Shown: positions 27,539 to 42,366 of the stretch, in pieces
Numbering within the stretch: the stretch's first letter is position 1
Layout of the letters: the number at the start of each line of letters is the position of its first letter
The notes under the pieces: generated by a model
Database searches by the model: none
Seen by the model: the letters and a program-made list of their open reading frames with translations, nothing else
Told to the model about the DNA's origin: nothing
Program-made: the position numbers and the translations under genes
Source: an uncultured Thermoplasmata archaeon
GTDB taxonomy: Archaea > Thermoplasmatota > Thermoplasmata > RBG-16-68-12
Reading direction: 5' to 3'
Length of the DNA stretch: 64,000 nucleotides
NCBI GenBank assembly: GCA_963768855.1
Contig: CAVYJM010000006.1
Location: 448,001 to 512,000 of the forward strand

Positions 27539-30500
27539 ATGCGAGAGCTGATTGACGCGTTCTTCAGAGAACGCTCTATTGTGAACCATCACATTGCGTC
27601 GTTCGACGACTTCCTTCCGACGATTGACAACCCGAGCTCCCGGATGCAGCGGATCGTCGACAACCTACGGTCCTCGCCGGAGGACGACCGCCGTGGGATC
27701 ATCAAGCTCGACGAAGACCGGACGGAAGGGGACGTGATCGAGATCCGGATCGGCCGGAAGCGCGACGAACGCGGGCGGATTGACCTCGAGGCCAAGCCGA
27801 CGATCACCCTCGGCCTCCCCGTGGTCAAGGAGGCCAACGGCGCGACGCACCCTCTGACCCCCATGGAGGCGCGCCTCCGGAACCTGAACTACACGGCCCC
27901 GATCTACCTCGACTTCACCGTCATCGAGAACGGGATCGAGCGCGAGCCCGAACGCGTCCACATCGGCAACCTGCCGATCATGGTGAAGTCGAAACGCTGC
28001 CTCCTCTACAAGGAGAACATGGAGACGGAGGGGGAACTGACCCTCGAGGAGTACAAGCGGAAGCTGATCGAGGCGGGGGAGGATCCCTACGACCCCGGCG
28101 GCTATTTCATCATCGGGGGCACGGAGCGCGCCCTGATCTCCCTCGAGGATCTCGCCCCGAACCGGGTGCTCGTCGAGTTCAACGAGCGCTACGGGCGGAA
28201 GGTCGAGGTCGCGAAGGTCTTCTCGCAGAAGGAAGGGTACCGCGCCCTCACGCTCATGGAGAAGCGGAAGGACGGCCAGCTCATCGTCTCCGTCCCGACC
28301 GCCTCCGGCCAGATCCCGCTGATCATCCTGATGAAGGCCCTGGGCATGGAGAAGGACGAGGAGATCTACAACGCGATCGTCTCCACGCCCGAGATGGCCA
28401 ACATCGTCTACGCGAATATCGAGGAGTGCCAGAACAAGAAGAACTACCCGCCCAACGGGATCTTCACGAAGGACGACGCAATCAACTACCTCGAGAAGAA
28501 GTTCGCCACGGGCCAGGCGAAGGAATACCGGATCAAGAAGGTCGAGTCGATCCTGGACCGTTCCCTGCTCCCCCACCTGGGCGACACCCGCGAGGACCGC
28601 ATCAAGAAGGCGATCTTCCTCGGCCGCGTCGCGCGCACGATCCTGGAGCTGTCCCTCGGCAAGCGGCGCGAGGACGACAAGGACCACTACGCTAACAAGC
28701 GACTCAAGCTCGCGGGGGACCTCATGGAAGACCTCTTCCGCGTCGCCTTCGCGAACGTGATCAAGGACCTGAAGTACCAGCTCGAGCGGTCCTACGCCCG
28801 GCACCGGGAGCTCAAGATCTCCTCTGCGATCCGCCCGGACCTCCTGACCCAGCGGCTCCTGCACGCCCTCGCGACGGGGAACTGGGTCGGCGGCCGCGCC
28901 GGTGTGAGCCAGCTCCTCGACCGCACGTCGAACATGTCCGCCCTGAGCCACCTCCGCCGGGTCACGTCCCCGCTCACCCGGTCCCAGCCCCACTTCGAGG
29001 CGCGGGACCTCCATCCGACCCAGTGGGGCCGGCTCTGCCCGAACGAGACCCCGGAAGGGCAGAACTGCGGCCTCGTGAAGAACTGCGCCCTCGTAATCGA
29101 CGTGTCGGAGGGGTTCCCGGAGGACGAGGTCAAGCTCCTCCTGTCCGACCTGGGCACGAAGCAGGTGAAGGGCCAGCAGACCCAGCTCACCCGCGTCTAC
29201 GTGAACGGCGACCTGGTCGGCCTGCATGAGGACCCGAAGATGCTCGTCGCGGAGATCCGCGAACGGCGCCGCTCCGGCCTCCTCAGCCACGAGGTCAACG
29301 TCCGCCTCGACGAGAACATGGGAGAGATCATCCTGAACTGCGACGAAGGCCGGATCCGCCGGCCCCTGCTCGTCGCGAAGGATGGCCACCTCGTCCTGTC
29401 GCGCAAGCACACGGAAGACCTCAAGCTCGGTCGCCTCCGCTTCTCCGACCTCGTCCGCAACGGCGTCGTCGAGTGGGTCGACGCGGAGGAGGAAGAGGAC
29501 ACGTTCATCGCGGTCTACCCCTACGACGTCCCGGCGCGCTGCAAGGAGTGCAAGCACCCTCTGAGCCGGAACGACGTCACGTGGGTCAACATGGGGAGCC
29601 GCGACGAGGACAATGAGCTCGAGTGCAAGTTCTGCCACAAGACGTTCCACGTCAAGGGCTACATCTCGAAGGAGACGACCCACCTCGAGGTCGACCCGAT
29701 GATCATCTTGGGCGTGGCCTCGGGGGTGATCCCGTACCCGGAGCACAACGCGTCCCCGCGGGTCACGATGGGCTCGGGCATGGCGAAGCAGTCGCTCGGC
29801 CTCGGCCAGAGCAACTACCGCCTCCGCCCCGACACGCGGAGCCACCTCCTGCACTACCCGCAGCAGCCGCTCGTTCAGACCGACTCGATGAAGTACGTCT
29901 CGTTCAACGAGCGTCCGGCGGGGCAGAACTTCGTCGTGGCCGTCCTCTCGTACCACGGATACAACATGGAGGACGCGATCGTCATGAACAAGGCGTCCAT
30001 CGACCGGGGCCTCGGCCGCTCCTCGTTCATGCGGACGTACCGGGCGGAGGAACGCCGCTACCCCGGCGGCCAGGAAGACCACTTCGAGATCCCCTCTCCC
30101 GACGTGCGCGGCGCGCGCGCCGACCTGTCCTACGCGAACCTGACGCCCGATGACGGGCTGATCTCCCCCGAGGTCAAGGTCATGGGCGGGGAGGTCCTCA
30201 TCGGGAAGACGAGCCCGCCGCGGTTCCTCGAGGAGGAGACGGACTTCCTGACGCCGCAGAAGCGGCGCGAGACCTCCGTCACGGTCCGCCACGGCGAGGA
30301 GGGCTGGGTCGACTCCGTCATGCTCACGGAGTCGGAGAACGGCTCGAAGCTCGCCAAGGTCAAGGTGCGCGACCTCCGTATCCCCGAGCTCGGCGACAAG
30401 TTCGCCTCGCGGCACGGGCAGAAGGGCGTTATCGGTCTCATCGCGGAACAGGTGGAGATGCCCTTCACGGCCAACGGCATCATTCCGGACCTCGTCATCA

Positions 30501-31128
30501 ACCCCCACGCCATCCCGTCGCGGATGACCGTCGCCCACGTCCTGGAGCAGATCGGCGGAAAGGTCGGCTCCATGGAGGGACGGCCGATCGACGGCACGCC
30601 CTTCAGCGGCGAGCGGGAAGAGGCGCTCCGGAAGGGGCTCGAGGAGAACGGGTTCCGGTCGAACGGCAAGGAGATCCTGTACGACGGAATGACGGGGCAG
30701 ATGATCCCCGCGGAGATCTTCGTCGGCGTCATCTACTACCAGAAGCTCCACCACATGGTCTCCGGGAAGCTGCATGTCCGGAGCCGCGGACCGGTACAGA
30801 TCCTGACGCGGCAGCCGACGGAAGGGCGGTCTCGCCAGGGCGGTCTGCGGTTCGGCGAGATGGAGCGCGACTGCCTCATCGGGCACGGCGCGGCGATGGT
30901 GATCAAGGATCGCCTGCTCGACGAGTCCGACGGGACGATCCAATACGTGTGCGGGAACCCGGAGTGCGGCCACTTCGCGATCAAGGACCGCAAGGGCAAC
31001 CTTCGCTGCCCCGTCTGCGAGAACACGTCCAAAATCTACCCCGTGCAGACATCCTATGCGTTCAAGCTGCTGCTGGACGAGCTCCTGTCCTTGGGCGTCG
31101 TCATGCGGCTCCAACTGGAGGACATGCG

Positions 31129-31132
<4 letters not shown>
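27539..31132 (+). CDS. rpoB: RNA polymerase subunit B (unsplit Rpo2)
   Basis: [24 protein letters not shown]-terminal Zn finger. Confidence 0.99.
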
Positions 31133-35788
<4,656 letters not shown>

Positions 35789-35795
35789 GTGCCGC

Positions 35796-36221
35796 ATGGC
35801 GGAAGTCACCTTCGATGAGAAGACGATCAAATACGTGGCTCTCTTTCAGGACCTCACCCGCACGACCGTCGTGGACTGCGTCGATGCGCAGGACCGGCTC
35901 ATCTTCGTCGTGAAGGAAGGCGACATCGGCAAGGCGATTGGGAAGAAGGGTGAGAACGTCGCGAAGCTGAAGCGCCTGTTCAACAAGGACATCCACGTCG
36001 TCGAGTTCTCCGAGCAGCCCGAGAAGTTCGTGGCGAACGTCTTCCGGAACTACGACGTGAAAGGCGTCCAAATCGAGCAGCGCGGGGACGTCACCCACGC
36101 CACGGTGACGGTCGACTCGAGCAAGAAGGGCCGCGCGATCGGGAAGGAAGGCCGGAACCTGCGCGTGTCGCGGGACCTGATCGCCCGCCACCACCCGATC
36201 CAGAGCGTCAGCGTCGCCTGA
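35796..36221 (+). CDS. nusA: Archaeal NusA (KH domains)
   Basis: GKAIGKKGEN and GRAIGKEGRN KH motifs. Confidence 0.96.
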   Translation: MAEVTFDEKTIKYVALFQDLTRTTVVDCVDAQDRLIFVVKEGDIGKAIGKKGENVAKLKRLFNKDIHVVEFSEQPEKFVANVFRNYDVKGVQIEQRGDVTHATVTVDSSKKGRAIGKEGRNLRVSRDLIARHHPIQSVSVA

Positions 36222-36356
36222 GCCCGCGCCCTCGGGGTGCCTTCGGTCGCCCGTTCCGCAGTTCGCCGCCGACTACCGAAAGCTTACATATCAGCACCGA
36301 ATCGGCGCGTCACGCAGAACGGCACGGAGCATCCCTGTCGCCGCTGAGGTGTTCCC

Positions 36357-37817
36357 ATCCAATACAAATGGACGGTCCTCCTCGTCACCACCGTCGGCGT
36401 GATCATGGCGGGGATCGACTCCCGCATCGTGATCATCGGGCTGCCCCAGGTCGCGGCCGGGATCCACGCGGATGCGGAACAGGCCATCTGGATCACCCAG
36501 GCCTACGTCCTCGGGAGCACGGTCGCCCTCCTCCTGATCGGTCGCGTGTCCGACGTGGTCGGCCGGGTCAAGATGTACTCGAGCGGGTTCGCGGTCTTCA
36601 CGGTCGGCTCCCTCCTCACGAGCCTCGCGCTGGATCCGACCCAGGTCATCATCTTCCGGTTCATCCAGGGACTCGGCTCCGCGATCCTATTCACGAACAG
36701 CGCCGCGATGATCGTGGACGCGACGCCGGACACCGAGCTCGGCTACTTCCTCGGCATTAACCAGGTCGCATTCCGGATGGGCGCCATGGCTGGCCTCACC
36801 CTGAGCGGGATCATCCTCACGGTCCTCGTGGACTGGCGCGCGCTGTTCTACATCAATGTGCCCATCGGGATCTTCGGCACCCTCTGGGCGCAGCGCAAAC
36901 TGAAGGAGATCGCGAAGCTCGAGAAAGGCGCGCCGATCGATTGGGCCGGCTTCGCCACCTTCACCGTCTTCATCTCCGCGACGTTGCTCGCCCTCACGCT
37001 GGCCGCCTACGGCATCGGGGAGGAGCTCATTGTCGCCACCCTGGCCGTCACTGCGGTCGTCTTCCTGGTGGCGTTCGTGCTCCTCGAGCTACGGACGAAG
37101 TACCCGCTGCTCGACCTCAAGCTCCTCCGGATCCGCGAGTTCTCCGGAGGCGTCGTGGCCCAGCTCCTGAACGCCGTCGCGTTCGGCGCCGTCCTGCTGC
37201 TCCTGAGCCTCTACTTCCAGCTCGTACTGGGCATGGACCCCTTGGCCGCGGGCCTCATCATCATTCCGCTGGACGTCGTCACGGTGCTCCTGGGGCCCTT
37301 GAGCGGGAAGCTCTCGGACCGCTACGGCCATCTCCCCTTCACCACGGGCGGGCTCGCGCTCGTGAGCCTTTCCTTGTTCCTCTTCGCCACGACGGACGTC
37401 AACACGAACATCTACCTGTTGATCCTGTACATGGTCATCTTCGGGGGTGGCCTGGGGATCTTCGCCTCGCCCAACATGAGCTCGATCATGGGCTCCGTCC
37501 CGTCGGAGCGGCGCGGGATCGCGTCCGCCTTCCGAGCGACCTTCTTCAACATGGGATTCGTGATCAGCCTGAACCTGGCGATCCTGATCATGACCTTCAC
37601 GATTCCCTACGGGCTCGTGTCCCAGATCATCTCGTCCACGAACCCGGTCGCGATCACCGCGGCGGACAAGATTCTCTTCGCGGACTCCCTCAAGAGCACG
37701 TACTTCTGGATGGGGGTCCTGAACACGATCGCGATCGTCCCCTCGATGCTCCGCGGCCGACGGAACCGCGCGAACGGCGAGATGGAGTCCAAGCCGACTC
37801 CCACCCTCGAGATGTGA
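36357..37817 (+). CDS. MFS transporter, DHA2-like (14 TM)
   Basis: QYKWTVL..MAGIDSRIV, GRVSDVVGRVK motif A, SGKLSDRYG. Start anomalous (see findings). Confidence 0.9.
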   Translation: MQYKWTVLLVTTVGVIMAGIDSRIVIIGLPQVAAGIHADAEQAIWITQAYVLGSTVALLLIGRVSDVVGRVKMYSSGFAVFTVGSLLTSLALDPTQVIIFRFIQGLGSAILFTNSAAMIVDATPDTELGYFLGINQVAFRMGAMAGLTLSGIILTVLVDWRALFYINVPIGIFGTLWAQRKLKEIAKLEKGAPIDWAGFATFTVFISATLLALTLAAYGIGEELIVATLAVTAVVFLVAFVLLELRTKYPLLDLKLLRIREFSGGVVAQLLNAVAFGAVLLLLSLYFQLVLGMDPLAAGLIIIPLDVVTVLLGPLSGKLSDRYGHLPFTTGGLALVSLSLFLFATTDVNTNIYLLILYMVIFGGGLGIFASPNMSSIMGSVPSERRGIASAFRATFFNMGFVISLNLAILIMTFTIPYGLVSQIISSTNPVAITAADKILFADSLKSTYFWMGVLNTIAIVPSMLRGRRNRANGEMESKPTPTLEM

Positions 37818-37885
37818 CGCCGATTTCGATCCGCCTTCGAACGGTGGACCCTTCCTTTCCTGCTCCCCCCGGGAACGCGAGTCGC

Positions 37886-38119
37886 ATGTCGGGAATCGCC
37901 TCGGGCGCCGGCGCGGCCTGCAGGCTGCCCCTCGGGGACCGGGTCATCGCCATCGGATCGATTCGTGGGGCCGTGGGCGTCGCCCACGACGGACTCCTGC
38001 GACGGCTCGGCATCGCGGGGGACGACCTCACGGAGGTCCTCGACCGGCTCCGCGGGCGAGGTCTCGTCCCCCTTCACGGGTCCTCCATGGACTCGTCCTG
38101 CGTGTTCAACACGGCATGA
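37886..38119 (+). CDS. Possible small winged-helix-like protein
   Basis: LLRRLGIAGDDLTEVLDRLRGRGLV resembles a wHTH recognition helix; otherwise weak support. Confidence 0.3.
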   Translation: MSGIASGAGAACRLPLGDRVIAIGSIRGAVGVAHDGLLRRLGIAGDDLTEVLDRLRGRGLVPLHGSSMDSSCVFNTA

Positions 38120-38211
38120 ATCCCTCCCGGAAGAGAGCCTGCACAAGGGTTATGTGAGGCCGCGGACATGGGCCGGGTGCCTGCGGTGGCAGGCGAAGGG
38201 ACCCCCACTCC

Positions 38212-39978
38212 ATGTCCACCACCGTGAGCGAGGCCTCGCCTTCGGCCGGCTCGCCGCTCTCCCTGCTCTTCGATGATGCGGACCGGGCTCTGCTGGCCTC
38301 GGTCGCCCGCGGGCCCGGCGACGGCCCGCGTGCCTGGCGTCTGAACGCCGAGGCTCACCGGCTCTCCCTCGTCCAGGGGTTCGACCGGCTCGTCAGCTGG
38401 CCCTCGCTCCGCGGCGTGTCCCGGTACGAGCACCAGGAACGCACCGCCCTCCGCGTCCTCCGGGAGATGCGCGGCCGCGCGCTCCTGGCCGACGAGGTCG
38501 GCTTGGGGAAGACCGTGGAGGCGGGCCTCATCCTCAAGGAGTACGCGATCCGGGGGCTCGTCCGCCGCGCCCTGATCCTGACCCCGCCCGCGCTCCGCAC
38601 GCAGTGGCAGGAGGAGATGCGGGAGAAGTTCTCCCTGTCCTTCGAGGTCCTCCGGTCCACACGGGATTGGGAGCGGTCGCCGTTCCTGCTCGCGTCCCTG
38701 GACACCGCGAAGCGCGAGCCCCACGCGACCCTGGCCCGCGGCATCCGCTGGGACCTCGTGATCGTGGACGAGGCGCACCGCCTGAAGAACAGTTTGAGCC
38801 GGAACTGGCGGTTCGTCGCGGGCCTCCGCAAGCGGTACATGCTCCTGCTGACCGCCACGCCGATTCAGAACGACCTGGACGAGCTGTTCAACCTGGTCAG
38901 TCTCCTCAAGCCGGGCCAGCTCCACACGTACGACGAGTACCTCGCGCGGTACGTCGCGACCCTGGACCACCGCGTGCCCGCGCGGGTCACGGAGCTCCGT
39001 GGGCGCCTCCGCGACGTCATGGTGAGGAACCGCCGCGGGGTCTCCTTCACGCTCCCTCCGAGGCGGGTACACTCGCTCCCCGTGCGGCTGACCTCGGAGG
39101 AGCGTCGTCTGTACGACGATGTCACCGGGTTCGTCCGGGACGCCTGGGGCACCTCGTCCGGCCGGCTGCCGCTCCCCGCGCGGCTCACCCTCATGGTCCT
39201 CCAGAGGGAGATCGGCAGTAGCACGTTCGCGACGGCCCAGACCCTCGCGAAGCTGGAGCACAGCCCTCTCTTCGGGCGGGAGGAGCAGGACCGACTCGCG
39301 GCCCTCCGTCGGGAGGCCGAGGCGATCCGGGACAACGTCAAGGCGACCCACCTCCGCTCCTTCCTCCGCTCATCGGACGAGAAGGTCCTCGTCTTCACGC
39401 AGTACCTACGGACCCTCGAGTACCTCCGTGGCGTACTCGAGGCGGACGGGTATTCGATCGCCGCGTACCATGGCGGCCTCTCGTCGCGTGCGAAGGACGA
39501 GGCCGTGCGCGCGTTCCGTGCGGACCGCCGGATCTTCCTCAGCACGGAGGCGGGCGGCGAGGGCCGGAACCTCCAGTTCGCCCGGACCCTCGTGAACTAC
39601 GACCTGCCGTGGAACCCGCTGCGGATCGAGCAGCGCATCGGCCGCGTCCACCGCCTGGGCCAGGAGAAGGAGGTCCACGTCGTGAACCTCTGGGCGACGG
39701 ACACCGTCGAGGAGTACCTGATCGAACTCCTCGACCGCAAGATCCACATGTTCGAGCTCGTCGTGGGGGAGCTCGATCTCATCCTGGGAGATCTCGGGTC
39801 CCGCAAGTCCTTCGAGGACCTCCTCATGGACATCTGGACCCTCAGGGAGGCGGAGGAGCGCCGCTTGGCCCTCGGCCGCCTCGGCGATTCCCTCGTGAAG
39901 GCCCGCGCCCAGTACGAGACCGTGAAGGAGAGGAACGACGCGGTGTTCAAGGACGCAAGCGAGGAGGCGGTTGCATGA
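38212..39978 (+). CDS. SNF2-family helicase, YqhH-like
   Basis: LADEVGLGKTVEAGLILKEY..RGL, DEAH, LLTATPIQN, STEAGGEGRNLQ, EQRIGRVHRLGQ. Confidence 0.9.
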   Translation: MSTTVSEASPSAGSPLSLLFDDADRALLASVARGPGDGPRAWRLNAEAHRLSLVQGFDRLVSWPSLRGVSRYEHQERTALRVLREMRGRALLADEVGLGKTVEAGLILKEYAIRGLVRRALILTPPALRTQWQEEMREKFSLSFEVLRSTRDWERSPFLLASLDTAKREPHATLARGIRWDLVIVDEAHRLKNSLSRNWRFVAGLRKRYMLLLTATPIQNDLDELFNLVSLLKPGQLHTYDEYLARYVATLDHRVPARVTELRGRLRDVMVRNRRGVSFTLPPRRVHSLPVRLTSEERRLYDDVTGFVRDAWGTSSGRLPLPARLTLMVLQREIGSSTFATAQTLAKLEHSPLFGREEQDRLAALRREAEAIRDNVKATHLRSFLRSSDEKVLVFTQYLRTLEYLRGVLEADGYSIAAYHGGLSSRAKDEAVRAFRADRRIFLSTEAGGEGRNLQFARTLVNYDLPWNPLRIEQRIGRVHRLGQEKEVHVVNLWATDTVEEYLIELLDRKIHMFELVVGELDLILGDLGSRKSFEDLLMDIWTLREAEERRLALGRLGDSLVKARAQYETVKERNDAVFKDASEEAVA

Positions 39979-41033
39979 GCGAGGCGGAGTCGCTCCGTGC
40001 CTTCGTCACCGCGCTCCTCGAGGACGTCGGCACGGACGTGCGGGACGACGGCACGTTCCTCTGGTTGCGGGTCCCCAACGCGATCCAGGCGAGCCTGGAC
40101 CTACCCGCCCAGGCCTGCCTCACGTTCGACCCCGATCGCGCCGGCGAGTTCGATGCGGAGCTCGTCGCGCCGGGGAGCTACCTCCTGGAGAAACTCCTCG
40201 GACTGGCCACGCGCCGGGGACGGTGGGATGTGGCGCGGGTCGCGACGCCGCCCGAGGATTGGGTCCTGGAGGCCTTGGGAGATTCTCCGGGGATCGGGCT
40301 CGACGGCGCACGAGACGTCGTCCCCTCGCAGCCGGAGCAGCTGCTCTTCCTGTTCGCCTTCCGGACCGCCCTCACGTCGGACGAGAAGCGCGAGGGGTTC
40401 CATCTGATCGCGGTCACGCCGGACGGATCGGAGGGATGGACGGTCCCCTGGCCGTTGCAGGAACAGGGGTTGGTCCCCGCGATCCTTCCCGGGTTCTCCC
40501 CGGACCTCGGATCCGCCTACCGGACGGCCCAGGAGATCCTCGGACGCGGAATCCGGGAGGACATGGAGATCTTCCGCCATTCCTGTCTCACTTCCCTCGA
40601 AGAGGAGGTCCGCCGCATCTTCCGGTACTTCGATGGGACCGTGGCCGAGGTGAAGGAGGCCGCCCCGTCCGGAGCGCAGGACGTCGTCCGCGCCATCGAG
40701 GCCGAGCGCGATCGTCGCCTCGCGGAGGCGCTCGAACGGTTCGAGCCCCACGCGGTCGCCTCCCTTTGCAGCGTGCGCATCCTCCTCGTGCCGACCGTCC
40801 ACGTGACGTTGGACCAGGGGACGGGCCCCTTTGCAGTGACCATCGACGCGCTCACACGCCATGTCCGAGGGCTTCCCGCCTCGATCAAGGAAGCCGGACC
40901 CGTTCCACTTCCAGCGGATCCGCGGTCGGGTACTCCTCGACGACGAACGACGGCCGGCCGAGCGCCGGGGCGATCTCCTCGAGGATCCACGGGGCGATCT
41001 CGATCCGCCGCCTCGCGGCGTCCAGGGTCATGA
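39975..41033 (+). CDS. YqhG-like helicase partner protein
   Basis: GCATGA overlap with the helicase; LTFD..ELVAPGSYLL motif and helical C-part. The last about 50 codons overlap the convergent radical SAM gene. Confidence 0.6.
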   Translation: MSEAESLRAFVTALLEDVGTDVRDDGTFLWLRVPNAIQASLDLPAQACLTFDPDRAGEFDAELVAPGSYLLEKLLGLATRRGRWDVARVATPPEDWVLEALGDSPGIGLDGARDVVPSQPEQLLFLFAFRTALTSDEKREGFHLIAVTPDGSEGWTVPWPLQEQGLVPAILPGFSPDLGSAYRTAQEILGRGIREDMEIFRHSCLTSLEEEVRRIFRYFDGTVAEVKEAAPSGAQDVVRAIEAERDRRLAEALERFEPHAVASLCSVRILLVPTVHVTLDQGTGPFAVTIDALTRHVRGLPASIKEAGPVPLPADPRSGTPRRRTTAGRAPGRSPRGSTGRSRSAASRRPGS

Positions 41034-41955
41034 GCTTCTTCGGGACGCGGTGGCGCTTCGCGAGGTCCCGCAGGAGATCGTCCAGCCCGTCGCCCTCGAT
41101 CACGCCCTTGACGAGGGTGCCATCCTCCGTGACCACATCCCAGGGCTGCGCGATGTTTTCGGCGCGCCGTTTGATCCGCGTGCGGAGCTGCCACGCGTCC
41201 TTGTAGCCGCTCGTGCAGTAGTGGACCGTCGTCGTCCAGGAGCGCTCGAGGAGGCGGACGGCGACCTGGTCCGCCCCCTTCACGCCGTACGCGAGCTCGT
41301 GCTTGACCTCGTACCCGCGCGTCTTCATCCTCGCAAAGTTCGCGTCGCTGTACTCCATCTCGTCCAGGTTGACGAAGGCGATCCCCTCGGACTCCGCCCA
41401 TTCGATCAGGGTCACGAGGTCGCCCTCGCGCTCCGGGATCAGGGGCACCTCGAGGCCCACGGTCATCCCGAGCTCCTTGGAGAGGCGCACCGCGGCGGGG
41501 AACCCCATCGCCTGCGGATGGGACCAGAGCCCCGGCGGGACGTGGAAGCGGATCTCGTCGAGGCCCGCGGCGGCCAGCTTGCGGATCTTCCCCGGGTCCG
41601 TGGACATCGTGTAGAGGTGCGTGTGGAACTGCGGGCCGAACTCCTTCTTCAGGAGCTGGATGTAGTGGGCCGTGCGGTCGACGGCCTCGAGCGGGTCGCC
41701 GCCGGTGATCCCCGCACCCTTCGCGCGGATCGCCCGCGCCTCCTCGATCACGTCGGCATCGGACTCGACGCGCTTCTCGTCCGCGAAGACAACGTCCCGA
41801 TACATCTTCTCGTCCGAGACAGGGCAGTAGAAGCAGTGGAACGAGCAGAGGCCCGTGACGAAGAGGACCATCTTGGCCCCTTCCGTGCACTGGACGCAGC
41901 CCACGGGCAGCGTGCCTTGGATCAGGGAACCGCAGGGCCGCTCGGCCACACTCAT
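40885..41955 (-). CDS. Archaeal radical SAM protein (COG2108-like)
   Basis: CSFHCFYC, GITGGDPL, GLDEIRFH, EEYPTAD. Confidence 0.88.
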   Translation of the reverse strand: MSVAERPCGSLIQGTLPVGCVQCTEGAKMVLFVTGLCSFHCFYCPVSDEKMYRDVVFADEKRVESDADVIEEARAIRAKGAGITGGDPLEAVDRTAHYIQLLKKEFGPQFHTHLYTMSTDPGKIRKLAAAGLDEIRFHVPPGLWSHPQAMGFPAAVRLSKELGMTVGLEVPLIPEREGDLVTLIEWAESEGIAFVNLDEMEYSDANFARMKTRGYEVKHELAYGVKGADQVAVRLLERSWTTTVHYCTSGYKDAWQLRTRIKRRAENIAQPWDVVTEDGTLVKGVIEGDGLDDLLRDLAKRHRVPKKLMTLDAARRRIEIAPWILEEIAPALGRPSFVVEEYPTADPLEVERVRLP

Positions 41956-42031
41956 GGAGCGCGACCATTTCGGCGAGGGGAGATAAAGGTTCGCAGAGCG
42001 GCTGCCGCGCGGGAAGACCGCCCCTTCCGCG

Positions 42032-42053
42032 CATACCTCTAAGCAGAGGTACG
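42032..42053. repeat. Palindromic 22-bp direct repeat, left copy
   Basis: CATACCTC-TAAGCA-GAGGTACG; extends to 13-6-13 at 42027-42058 with one mismatch. Confidence 0.9.
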
Positions 42054-42296
42054 CGCGGCCTGTGCGATGGCGGCCTCCGCGGCCCGCCGACGCCGTCCGA
42101 AATCCTGCTCCGCGCGCCGGTGGTAGGCGGCCATCCTGCGGAGGAGCTCCTGCCGCGCCCGCTCGGAGTCGATGCGTCCCACGTAGTCCTCCCTCCGCCG
42201 CGAGTGATCGTCCTCCCGCTCGTAGTGCCAGAAGTACCAGTACCTCCGTCCGGCGAAATCACGGACGCGGGCGCCGCACCCGATCTCCATCTTCAT
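42039..42296 (-). CDS. Small basic orphan protein with RRYWY...YVG motif
   Basis: 85 aa; start and stop codons fall inside the two palindromic repeats; alternative start ATG at 42290 has GAGGT 6 nt upstream. Confidence 0.7.
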   Translation of the reverse strand: MKMEIGCGARVRDFAGRRYWYFWHYEREDDHSRRREDYVGRIDSERARQELLRRMAAYHRRAEQDFGRRRRAAEAAIAQAARTSA

Positions 42297-42315
42297 ACCT
42301 CTAAGTAGAGGTATG
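42294..42315. repeat. Palindromic 22-bp direct repeat, right copy
   Basis: CATACCTC-TAAGTA-GAGGTATG, perfect inverted arms; 20/22 identical to the left copy, 262 bp away. Confidence 0.9.
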
Positions 42316-42366
42316 GCCCGGATAGAGAAGTCCTTTCCCGGGGGAGGTCTCCGAAACTACTCGGCC

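Noticed and set aside
27665-31114. Very long antisense or alternate-frame ORFs (also 31054..33546, 2990..4840, 13990..15720, 46876..48849, 42555..44270)
   Set aside because: Shadow ORFs of GC3-rich genes; the opposite strand carries clear conserved proteins and these translations have no motifs.
35796-36400. Missing rps12-rps7-EF2 after nusA as a sign of rearrangement
   Set aside because: The break after nusA appears to be an ordinary gene-order variant and no mobile-element scar is visible.
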